A stretch of 64,000 bases of DNA from a virus: positions 1 through 64,000 of IMG/VR virus record IMGVR_UViG_3300044979_000004. One strand, written 5' to 3'. Below are positions 46,849 to 55,854 of this stretch, piece by piece. The first letter of the stretch is position 1. Each line of letters starts with the position of its first letter. A model generated the notes under the pieces. It had not been told where the DNA came from. It was given only the letters and a program-made list of their open reading frames with translations, and made no database searches. Made by a program: the position numbers and the translations under genes.

Positions 46849-47642
46849 TGGCTTATACACATACACGGACCATCTTCGAATGGGACGAGAAGCGTATTAA
46901 ATACGTCAAGGTTTATGATGAAGGCTACGAATGGGACGGACCAGTAGATCAAGCGTGCGGCTCGACTCCGCAACAGAACCAGATTGAAGGTGCGCAGCAA
47001 AACTTTATGACCCAAGCGCAGTCTCAGGCGTCAACGGTATTTGGGGGAGCATCACAGGCGTTTAACAGTCTGATGAGCGCGTTTGCACCAATCGTCGCAG
47101 CCGGTCCAAGTCAACAAGGCTTCTCACAGCAACAGCTTTCGAATCTCAATTCCCAGGCTATCACACAGACGGGCATTTCTTACAAGAACGCTAAAGAAGC
47201 AGTCGGAGAGGCACAATCATCCGTTGGTGGCGGCAACGTATCTCTACCAAGTGGAACCCAAACTGGAGAGGATTTGGGACTGGCCGAAAGTGCCGCTAAC
47301 CAAACTTCCAGCGAACTTGGGCAGATTACACAAGCCAATTATGAAAAAGGTAATGCAAATTATAATGCCGCCGTATCTGGAGAGCTAGCAGCGCCGGGTG
47401 TTTTTTCGGCTTCAACCGGAGCAACCGGGGCGGCTACAAGCGCAGGATCAGCAGCCGCAAGCACGGCCAATCAAATCGCGTCGCAGAATAATTCATGGGT
47501 AGGAGCCGTTACCGGCCTAGCCGGGGCGTTGGGCGGTGCAGCATTAGGTGACCCGGCTCTGTTTGCAGGAAGTAGCAGTTCACAGGGCGCACAAGATGCC
47601 CAACAGGTATCGAACTATCAATCAGATGGAAATGGATTCTAG
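46848..47642 (+). CDS. Putative DNA ejection protein (small)
   Basis: N-terminal YEWDGPVDQACG leader, Gln/Ala/Gly-rich, C-terminal glycine zipper. Confidence 0.6.
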   Translation: MAYTHTRTIFEWDEKRIKYVKVYDEGYEWDGPVDQACGSTPQQNQIEGAQQNFMTQAQSQASTVFGGASQAFNSLMSAFAPIVAAGPSQQGFSQQQLSNLNSQAITQTGISYKNAKEAVGEAQSSVGGGNVSLPSGTQTGEDLGLAESAANQTSSELGQITQANYEKGNANYNAAVSGELAAPGVFSASTGATGAATSAGSAAASTANQIASQNNSWVGAVTGLAGALGGAALGDPALFAGSSSSQGAQDAQQVSNYQSDGNGF

Positions 47643-47651
47643 GAGCGTTAA

Positions 47652-50543
47652 ATGGATAACACATCACAGCCACAAGATCAGAGCACAAGTAGTAGCTCCT
47701 ACGCAGGCCACATTTCTCTTCCGGATGACGGTCAGGTTTTAAGCACCGATCAGCCTGCTTCCGGGTCCGAGACTCTTACGCCTCCTACTCCTCCCACACA
47801 GGGACAACCTGCTGGCGCTCCTACACAAGGACAACCTGCGCCCGGACAGCAGCCTCAACAAAGCGCTACAGGTGCCCAAGGACAGCCTGCGGGAAAAGGG
47901 CCTGATCTAAGTAAGCCCCAAGGCCAACAGACTCCTGGCGGTGCTCCACAGGCTCCTCCTGTTCCCCCTGCGGTGCAGAAGGCGTCTATATTCCACCAAG
48001 TCGCGGAAGCTCTTGCTGGCGGTCCCCGTTACAAATACGATGTTGATGCCAACGGTAACATGCAGAAGACCCCCGTTCCGGTCAGCAACGCGCATATTGG
48101 CATGGCAATCGCTCTTGAAGCTCTTCAGGGAACCTTGACTGGACTCAGCACACACGGCCCCCAAGCAGCCGCTCGCGGCGGACTAGAGGCTTTAGAACAG
48201 GGAAAGCAGCAAGTCCAACAGCGTGATCAGCAACAGCAGAAGATGGCAAGTGATGATTATGCTCGTAAAACTCAAATTGCTGAGACTAACATGCGTATGT
48301 ACTCCATGGCACGTCAAGTCGGAAAAATGAATGAAGAGTCCACCGATGCTTATATCGGCCAGTATCACGACCTAGCAACAAAACTTCAGAGTGAGTTTCC
48401 TGGTCAAGTTAAAGGGCCTATCAAGTATAGCGATTTCGGAAAGTACAATGTGACCCAAGACAATGCTATTCCGTTCTCCAAGGTTCCTAGATTGGATGCA
48501 AATGGACAACAGGCATTGGATGCGCGTGGCGTTCCTCAATGGGATATTAACTATCTCATTGTTGATCCCAAGCTAAAGGCTAGTGGTCTGTTCGACAAAG
48601 ATACGATTTCGACATTGAAGGAAATGGGCAAGCTTCCTGGCGACAGTGGAGACATGCTAACCAACACCCCTATGTCCCTGATGATGGCTCTTGGCTTAAA
48701 GTCTCAGGCCGCGCAATGGCAAGTTTCTAAGCAGACGTTCGGACACTTCTTTAATGATGTTGATGGAGCGGCAGCGAAGCCAGAAGCACCATCGACTTAC
48801 AAGCCAACTACATCACCAACGTTGCCAGCTAATATTCAGCCTCTTGCGGACACAGCAGCCAGCAAGTATGGCGTTCCTCCTGAATATATCAGAGGCTTGA
48901 TTTCTCAAGAGAGCGCAGGAAACCCCAACGCTGTAAGTCCTACTGGAGCTAAAGGTCTAATGCAGTTGACCAGTGGAACTGCAAAGGCCATGGGAGTACA
49001 AGACCCTATGAATCCACAGCAAAATGTGGACGGAGGGACAAAGTATTTCTCACAACTCCTACATCAATACAACGATCCTAAACTGGCGTTCGCAGCTTAT
49101 TACTCTGGACCCGGCGCTATCGACAAGAACGGGAAGATTGTGGACACAGATCAACACACAGCAGCAGACACGCAAAAGTATGTTGATGGCGTTACGGCGA
49201 AGGTTGGATTACAATCTCAGCCCACAGCGGTTCCTCAAGCTAACCCAGATGCTAAACCGGGAACAGTAGAAGGACAAACAAATCCGTCTACACGTTTGAG
49301 TCAAGCTCAATGGTCCGCTAAGTTTCCTCAGAGTCCCTCCGATTTTGCCGCTTTCAATGGCGTACTTTCTCAGACGGAAGATAACTACGGACAAGCAATT
49401 GCCCACATGAACGCAACTGGACAACAGAGTGCAGCCGCAAACGTAAGCGCATTCCTGGGTGGTCCTGATGCGATTGCACTTCATGATCGCAATAGAGCAG
49501 AGCAAATTCAACAGCACACGCTGGATGCACAAGCTGCCAAGACTGAAAAGTTGGCGGCAGACAAATCGGCCCTTGACATCCAAGCGCAGCAGAAGAAGCA
49601 AGCTGTTCTCGGAACTTTGGAATCGGCTCAGATTCCTGCCGACGCTTTGAAACAAGACCCGAAGGCTGTCATTCAGAATCTAAACGCACAGGGAGTCACC
49701 TTGCCTCCCGAAGCGATTAGAGATGCTATGGCTATTGCTAAATACGAAGCTCCAATTAACATTGCTTCAAATAAGCTATGGTTCAAGGACGCATCGTTGA
49801 ATCAGCAAGATTTGCTTGATGTGGTCAGGCAGTTCAACCCAACGTACGATGTCGGTAATTATGCCCCATTGCACGCATTTACTGCTCCTAATAGTCCGGC
49901 GTCCAAGACGTTCTCGGCTGCTGCCGGTATCGCCAATCACTTGAACCAGCTAGAACAAGCTGCTCAAGAGATTTCTAACAAGGGCAATGGCGCGGGACAA
50001 TATCCGGCCTTGAACGCTTTGAAGAATTACTACAACTATCAGAGTGGCCAAGCTGATTACGCAACTCTGCAAGCATTGACCAATGCAGTCAACGGTGAAA
50101 TTCCAAAGGTTCTGTCGGGTGGTTTTGCTCCTGATAAAGCTCAAGTCGATGCCGTCATGAAGAACATGACAGCAGATAATTCTCTACAACAGATTACAAA
50201 GCTAGTGGATATGTATACAGGTGTCATGCACGGCAAAGTTCAACCGTTTGATGAACAATATAATCAAATATCTGGATCAGCCGATAAGCATTTGCAGAAC
50301 ATTCCTAAATCTTTGGATGCTTTATTTCAGAAACACGGCTACGACACGCCATGGGCACAGCAGAATCAGCAACTAAATAACGGACAACAGACGAGACAGC
50401 AACAGCCACAACCACAACAGGCTAATACTGTACCCGCTGGAGCTTTTGCGGTTCGCAATACTCAAGGTCAAATTGCTGGCTACAAAGATGCTCAAGGTAA
50501 GATCACACTATTTAATCAGACTCAGCAGCAACCAACACAATAA
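47652..50543 (+). CDS. Internal virion/ejection protein with lytic transglycosylase (SLT) domain
   Basis: QESAGNPNAVSPTGAKGLMQL, DPMNPQQNVDGGTKY, AFAAYYSGPG. Confidence 0.85.
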   Translation: MDNTSQPQDQSTSSSSYAGHISLPDDGQVLSTDQPASGSETLTPPTPPTQGQPAGAPTQGQPAPGQQPQQSATGAQGQPAGKGPDLSKPQGQQTPGGAPQAPPVPPAVQKASIFHQVAEALAGGPRYKYDVDANGNMQKTPVPVSNAHIGMAIALEALQGTLTGLSTHGPQAAARGGLEALEQGKQQVQQRDQQQQKMASDDYARKTQIAETNMRMYSMARQVGKMNEESTDAYIGQYHDLATKLQSEFPGQVKGPIKYSDFGKYNVTQDNAIPFSKVPRLDANGQQALDARGVPQWDINYLIVDPKLKASGLFDKDTISTLKEMGKLPGDSGDMLTNTPMSLMMALGLKSQAAQWQVSKQTFGHFFNDVDGAAAKPEAPSTYKPTTSPTLPANIQPLADTAASKYGVPPEYIRGLISQESAGNPNAVSPTGAKGLMQLTSGTAKAMGVQDPMNPQQNVDGGTKYFSQLLHQYNDPKLAFAAYYSGPGAIDKNGKIVDTDQHTAADTQKYVDGVTAKVGLQSQPTAVPQANPDAKPGTVEGQTNPSTRLSQAQWSAKFPQSPSDFAAFNGVLSQTEDNYGQAIAHMNATGQQSAAANVSAFLGGPDAIALHDRNRAEQIQQHTLDAQAAKTEKLAADKSALDIQAQQKKQAVLGTLESAQIPADALKQDPKAVIQNLNAQGVTLPPEAIRDAMAIAKYEAPINIASNKLWFKDASLNQQDLLDVVRQFNPTYDVGNYAPLHAFTAPNSPASKTFSAAAGIANHLNQLEQAAQEISNKGNGAGQYPALNALKNYYNYQSGQADYATLQALTNAVNGEIPKVLSGGFAPDKAQVDAVMKNMTADNSLQQITKLVDMYTGVMHGKVQPFDEQYNQISGSADKHLQNIPKSLDALFQKHGYDTPWAQQNQQLNNGQQTRQQQPQPQQANTVPAGAFAVRNTQGQIAGYKDAQGKITLFNQTQQQPTQ

Positions 50544-50552
50544 GGTGGACTA

Positions 50553-53219
50553 ATGGATCAGCAACAAGTACAAACCGGAACACCACAGGCAGGAGGTTCA
50601 ACGCAGCTTCCTGCCGGATTTACTGTAGACTCGACACCATATCAGCCTCAACCTTCAGCCGGACAACCGGCTTCAGGACTACCGGCTGGATATACAGTAG
50701 ATTCTACCCCGCAACCGGCTCCTCATCAGACAGCCATACAGAAAGTTACATCGGGACTGGAAGGTGACAAAGGATCGGATTGGGAAAGTCCTGTCCTGGG
50801 GCAAGGTATTTCTGGTGCCATTAAATCGGGTGCGGGAGGTTTGGGTAATATTCTTGACATGCTTAATCACCCAAGCCGTACAGCTATTTCGGTTGGTAAC
50901 GAAAAGCCTGAAGATGAAGTCATGGTAAGAAACGCAGCCAACTCTTACCGAAAGGCGCACCCCGACGCAACCCATGAGCAGGTACAGGCATTTATTCAGC
51001 AGTACGTTCAAGCTCCTGTATCGAGTCACATCCAAGATGCGGCTAACTGGCTACGTTCTGGTGGAGAGCCTACAGGCTTTTGGCAGAAGGTTGGCGCTGT
51101 TGGAGAACAGGCCCTAGAGTGGATCGGAACAGACGGAATATCTAAGATGGCATCGGCTCCTGCTAAAGCAGCCGAAGTCGGAAAAGCGGTTGAAGCTGTT
51201 GACACGGTTGGGCACGCTAAGCAGACATCAATGATCGCTCAAGTGTTGAAGTCAAATCCAAAGCTAGCCGGTTTGGTGGCGATGGGATTGAAAGCTGGAA
51301 AAGATGCTCTGACAATGGGAACTGGGAATGCTGTACAAACCCTGGTCCACACTGAAGACCCAAATCAGGCAGCTAGCGCTGGAATTACTGGCGGATTGAC
51401 TGCCGGAGTGTTGAGTGGAGTTGGAAGTGGAATTTCAGCACTTGCATCCAAAGGCGGCTCAGCGGCCAGTGATATTGCGGAACTAGGGCAAACTGCCGCT
51501 AACGCTCCTACCGGAGCGGAAGTCAACAATCAATTGGCGGACAGCGTAAATCAAACTGTTGCACCTGAGTTACAATCAGCACAATATGCCTTGACTGAGG
51601 CTGAAGGCGGTCTAGCCAATGCTGCTCAGTCCCCTCGTGATCTTGGAGTAGGCGCACCTGAAAGTGCGGCCATTACTGCTCAAGCTCAGAAGGCCGCAAA
51701 GGATGCTTACGAACAGCTTGGTACTAATTACGAGAAAGCTTCTAATGCAATTAAGACCAAATTAGCAGGGGTAAACAGAGACTTCAACGGCAGCGCATTA
51801 CAGAAGGCAGCGCAAGACATCATGGGTACAGCAGAGGCAACAAAAGACCCAATTGGTGAGACTCTAAGCATTGCCAACCCTGCCAGCGCCAAAGTAACGT
51901 CTCAGCTACAGAAGCTTGCTGATCCAGCAAGTGAGTTGGCAGTTGATGAAGACGGTAACTCACAGCAACTCACAGCCGATAAGTTGCTAGGTTACGCAAA
52001 GCAAATCAAAGAGAACCTGCGCGGAACTGGTTGGGCCACAGACGAGCAAAGGGCAGATAGAGATGTTTATCACAAACTTCTAGATGGCGTTCATGCTGAT
52101 CTGGAAGACCTTGCTAACAAGCACGTACAGGCGAACCCCACTGAGAACGCCCAAGCAGAACAAGGGGTACTTGGTGCTGTTCAGAAAATGAACTCTGACT
52201 ACAAAGCGGGTATCGCACGGTTCAAGAACACCGATGTTCAAGCCTTGTTGAAAGGCGGGGACAATGATGTAGCTGGAAGATTGATGCGAGGCGGTACAAG
52301 TGTAAGTGACATTAACACTGTACGAGATGCAATCGGAAAGCAGGCGTTTGGAAAGCTAGCAGATAGCTCACTACAACGAATGGCAGCGGACGCAGTTGAC
52401 GCAACTACGGGAGACTTCAGTTTCAAGAAATTCTTGAGTAATTGGAATCGTATTCCTCCCGCAACACGCTCTGCTATGTTCCAAGATTCCACAAAAAGCG
52501 GAGCCTTAGAGCAAGCACTTTATCAGACACAGGCTATTAACAAATCTGGTGTGATTCCTGAAATGACACAGAAGTTGAAAGATGTGAACACTACTGTATC
52601 ACAGTTGCTAGGTAATGGGGATGTTAGTACATTATTGAAAGACCCAGAACGTGTAACTAATCTTTCTCAGACTCTTGGGCCAGATGGAATGCAAAGCCTC
52701 GGAACCTCTATTCTTCAGAACCAACTTCGTGAAGCAAGCACCGATGTAGCCGGAAAGGTAAAAACTCCTGATACAGGTAAGGTTCTAGACTTCATCAAGT
52801 CGTTGAAGGATTCTCCGGAAGTTGTGGATGCATTATTTAAGCCAACACCGCAGGCTGAGCAAGCGTACACTAAACTGATTGGACAGCTACAAAACGTACA
52901 ATCAGTCAAGAACGCTATCAAGGCCGGAATCATTGCTCCTACCATTGCTGGAGCCATCGGGTCTGGTCCTATTGGGCACATCATCGGCGGAATTCTTACA
53001 GCCGGGGAATTGGGCACAGCAACAGGCAGGGCAGTTCTTGAACATATCGCCAATAGTCCGAACAATTGGGCGACTCTCAGAGCCATCGACAACACTGTGA
53101 AAAGTCCCCTTGCCAAAACAGCCGGACGTGTGTTACAATACGGAGGTATGAAGGCGGCAAGTGGAAGCAGCCAGCAAGACGTACTTAACAGCACATCGGA
53201 TGTTTTGGGAGGAAGATGA
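50553..53219 (+). CDS. Putative DNA ejection protein (large)
   Basis: LPAGFTVD repeats, Ala/Gly-rich helical 888 aa; third of three ejection-type genes. Confidence 0.6.
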   Translation: MDQQQVQTGTPQAGGSTQLPAGFTVDSTPYQPQPSAGQPASGLPAGYTVDSTPQPAPHQTAIQKVTSGLEGDKGSDWESPVLGQGISGAIKSGAGGLGNILDMLNHPSRTAISVGNEKPEDEVMVRNAANSYRKAHPDATHEQVQAFIQQYVQAPVSSHIQDAANWLRSGGEPTGFWQKVGAVGEQALEWIGTDGISKMASAPAKAAEVGKAVEAVDTVGHAKQTSMIAQVLKSNPKLAGLVAMGLKAGKDALTMGTGNAVQTLVHTEDPNQAASAGITGGLTAGVLSGVGSGISALASKGGSAASDIAELGQTAANAPTGAEVNNQLADSVNQTVAPELQSAQYALTEAEGGLANAAQSPRDLGVGAPESAAITAQAQKAAKDAYEQLGTNYEKASNAIKTKLAGVNRDFNGSALQKAAQDIMGTAEATKDPIGETLSIANPASAKVTSQLQKLADPASELAVDEDGNSQQLTADKLLGYAKQIKENLRGTGWATDEQRADRDVYHKLLDGVHADLEDLANKHVQANPTENAQAEQGVLGAVQKMNSDYKAGIARFKNTDVQALLKGGDNDVAGRLMRGGTSVSDINTVRDAIGKQAFGKLADSSLQRMAADAVDATTGDFSFKKFLSNWNRIPPATRSAMFQDSTKSGALEQALYQTQAINKSGVIPEMTQKLKDVNTTVSQLLGNGDVSTLLKDPERVTNLSQTLGPDGMQSLGTSILQNQLREASTDVAGKVKTPDTGKVLDFIKSLKDSPEVVDALFKPTPQAEQAYTKLIGQLQNVQSVKNAIKAGIIAPTIAGAIGSGPIGHIIGGILTAGELGTATGRAVLEHIANSPNNWATLRAIDNTVKSPLAKTAGRVLQYGGMKAASGSSQQDVLNSTSDVLGGR

Positions 53220-53554
53220 GCGTCTTTAAAACCGTAGTAATCACACTGTCGGTATCTACTCTGTTGGTGTGGAACCTTGCGCTAACGCTAGGATTCTCTG
53301 GTGTGGCCGGACGATTGGAAGTTGTATCACAGCAGAACACACAATTGATCGCGCACTCACAAGAGCAGGATAGCACTATTGCAACCCTGATCGATGTGCA
53401 AGTCGAAGATCATAAGCAGCTACATAGTGACACTGCCACCGAAGATGCAATCATCAAGAAGTTGAACGAAGTGATCGTTGCTATTAACGAAGACAGAACG
53501 CCATCTACGCCGTCTCCTTCTAAAGAAGACAATAGTATTGCAAGGGGGCGCTAG
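53216..53554 (+). CDS. Membrane-anchored coiled-coil protein
   Basis: N-terminal hydrophobic helix. Confidence 0.55.
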   Translation: MSVFKTVVITLSVSTLLVWNLALTLGFSGVAGRLEVVSQQNTQLIAHSQEQDSTIATLIDVQVEDHKQLHSDTATEDAIIKKLNEVIVAINEDRTPSTPSPSKEDNSIARGR

Positions 53555-53961
53555 TGCTTAGGCAAGACGAAGTACAGAAGAGTCAGCTAGTATTGGCAGG
53601 CTGGCAGCACGGACATAGGTACGGCGGGTATCTAGCCGCCTCTATGGTAATGTCGTGTATTGCTAATAGACAAAGACTTGGGTGGGGATCGTGGATGGAA
53701 GTAATCGACGCAATCCCCTCTCGATCTGCTACAATCGAACAGCCCAAAGGCACTCCCTCTATATGGGAACCTCACTTCGTCAAGTTGCTACATGAAGTAG
53801 AAGCTATATTTGATGGAAGTAAGGACTATGCTAAAGGCGCACTATACTGGTTTGATTCAGCAGAACCAGTTACTAATCCATGGTTTCAGGAAAAGATATT
53901 AGGAGATGGTATCTCTCATCCTGTTGTAGGAAATATGAATTCTTTGATGTTCTTGAGGTAA
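53554..53961 (+). CDS. Possible SleB/Hydrolase_2-like cell wall hydrolase (divergent)
   Basis: VMSCIANR...DYAKGALYW..PWF pattern; catalytic Glu not evident. Confidence 0.45.
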   Translation: MLRQDEVQKSQLVLAGWQHGHRYGGYLAASMVMSCIANRQRLGWGSWMEVIDAIPSRSATIEQPKGTPSIWEPHFVKLLHEVEAIFDGSKDYAKGALYWFDSAEPVTNPWFQEKILGDGISHPVVGNMNSLMFLR

Positions 53962-54248
53962 TGATGATTGATCCTATCATATCACCTATAGTGTTGTACG
54001 AAGCTATTAAATTCTGGCTACCTGTTAGTGCTTTCTTTTTCGGCATCTACAAAGGTTGGGACTGGGTAAAAAGCACGATTAACGAAATTAAAACCGATGT
54101 AAAGGAAATGAAGGCAAGCATCTTAGAGCAGCGACAAGACTTCAGATCATTCCTGCTCCCACTGTTTGCTGTCGCGCAAGGCCAAGCGGCTAAAGCTCAG
54201 CCTGTTAGAGCTAAGAGAACTAGAAAAACACCAATCAAGAAGAAGTAG
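53961..54248 (+). CDS. Membrane protein (holin-like)
   Basis: GAGG RBS, hydrophobic N-terminus, coiled coil, basic tail. Confidence 0.5.
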   Translation: MMIDPIISPIVLYEAIKFWLPVSAFFFGIYKGWDWVKSTINEIKTDVKEMKASILEQRQDFRSFLLPLFAVAQGQAAKAQPVRAKRTRKTPIKKK

Positions 54249-54251
54249 CCC

Positions 54252-54280
54252 TTGACAAATGGTTTGCCATTTGGTATAAT
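54252..54280 (+). promoter_or_regulatory. Consensus sigma70 promoter
   Basis: TTGACA-17-TATAAT, ATG 54289 at +9. Confidence 0.85.
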
Positions 54281-54288
54281 GGTTCCAT

Positions 54289-54990
54289 ATGGGACATAAG
54301 ACAGGCCGTAAGGCTATAGACCTTGCTGGTCAATATTTTGAAAGATTGTGGGTGTTAAAGAGACACGGGACAAGAAATAACGGTAGACACGTTGTTTGGG
54401 AATGTTTGTGTCTATGTGGCAAGATTACCTACCAATATTCACAAAAGCTATTGCGTGGCAAGGTTAAAAGTTGCGGGTGCTTAAAAAAAGAAAAAGCAGC
54501 AGCAGGTATAAGCCCCAGGAAAAAAAGGCCATATGAACATCTATACAACAAGTTAGTGAAACGGGCTAAAGAGAGGGGTTACACGGTAAATTATTCCTAT
54601 TATTCGTACCTACAGCTAGTACACAGAAATAAATGGTGCCATTACTGCCACAAGAAACTACAGTTTAGTATAGTTAGTAGCAGTGGCGACAGACGCTTGA
54701 AGAACCAGGGCTACCAAGTTGACCGAAAGGATTCTAGTAGAGGCTATGAGGAGGGAAATTGCGTAGCGTGCTGCTTTAGGTGTAACTATGCAAAAGGTAA
54801 CACGTGTTCCCATGATGAGTGGCATGAAATGACTAGACCGTGGCGTGAAGGAATTTTGCCAATTGTGGAAGAGTCACTGGAACCGTCAGAGCCTCTAAAC
54901 GAAGCGACTGTCCGAGTCGGCAATTCGTTGATACATTCGTATGTGCCAGAAGATAAAGTCCGCAGAGACTATGAATACGAAGAAATCTAG
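54289..54990 (+). CDS. HNH-type homing endonuclease
   Basis: DLAGQYFERL..WECLCLCG..KSCGC; CHYC..VDRKDSSRGYEEGNCVACCFRCN. Confidence 0.85.
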   Translation: MGHKTGRKAIDLAGQYFERLWVLKRHGTRNNGRHVVWECLCLCGKITYQYSQKLLRGKVKSCGCLKKEKAAAGISPRKKRPYEHLYNKLVKRAKERGYTVNYSYYSYLQLVHRNKWCHYCHKKLQFSIVSSSGDRRLKNQGYQVDRKDSSRGYEEGNCVACCFRCNYAKGNTCSHDEWHEMTRPWREGILPIVEESLEPSEPLNEATVRVGNSLIHSYVPEDKVRRDYEYEEI

Positions 54991-55004
54991 TGTAGGAGAA
55001 AATT

Positions 55005-55253
55005 ATGGATAAGGCAATACCATTCGCAGAGAGGCCCGCAATACAGTTCATGTGTCTGCCCAAAAAAGAAGGCATTGAGGGAAAAATTGTGTTAAACCCG
55101 GACCAGGCTGGATTCGGGACGGTCATTTTGGAATTTGTTAATGTATCCGGGTGTGTGACGCCACAGAATAGAACTGTTTCTGTATATCCCACTCCCTCTG
55201 AGCTTTTTGAATTAAAAAAGACTCTTGATTTGTACTTCTCGGAAAAGACGTAA
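55005..55253 (+). CDS. Hypothetical protein
   Basis: AGGAG RBS. Confidence 0.5.
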   Translation: MDKAIPFAERPAIQFMCLPKKEGIEGKIVLNPDQAGFGTVILEFVNVSGCVTPQNRTVSVYPTPSELFELKKTLDLYFSEKT

Positions 55254-55432
55254 ACGAGTCAGGGCGAGAGAGGAACATGCTGTATGATTACGAAAACGAA
55301 GAAATGTAGTATAGGAGGAAAATGGTAACAGTTACTTTAACGGCGGCTGTAGTGAAATGGCTCATCGTGCTGTACGGAGTCAATGTAGTTTTGCTAGCAG
55401 CCAATTTGTACCTCAAGTTCAAGAAATAGCGC

Positions 55433-55461
55433 TTGACAGGCTCCTGCAATTCTGATACAAT
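55433..55461 (+). promoter_or_regulatory. Sigma70 promoter
   Basis: TTGACA-17-TACAAT. Confidence 0.75.
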
Positions 55462-55549
55462 GGTTTTGTAGATTGAACCGTGGTCATTTGTGCAGCTTTC
55501 CGGTTGAACACAAAAGTGAGGATAGGCGGTTCAATCTACACGAAGGAGA

Positions 55550-55762
55550 ATGATGCTATTTGAGGATGATATTGGATACATGACGTTTCATTTCGACTCG
55601 GAAGGAGACCCTGTGGACTTGGAAATGTGTGCCAATGTGCCTGAGATTCTAAATGACCATCAAATGATGGAAAAAATTTCATCGTATCTAATCAGGAGAC
55701 TAAATGGAAATTCAGTACAGTCGCAAAACCAAGCTGATCGAAACAGCTTACCGTCTAGGTGA
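55550..55762 (+). CDS. Hypothetical protein
   Basis: AAGGAG RBS. Confidence 0.45.
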   Translation: MMLFEDDIGYMTFHFDSEGDPVDLEMCANVPEILNDHQMMEKISSYLIRRLNGNSVQSQNQADRNSLPSR

Positions 55763-55854
55763 GTTTTTTACGACCAAGATTCAACACCTTCTAGTCACTT
55801 CTCAGTTACATGATTGGGACAAGGTAACAACTTCACAGAAGTAAATGGAGGCAG

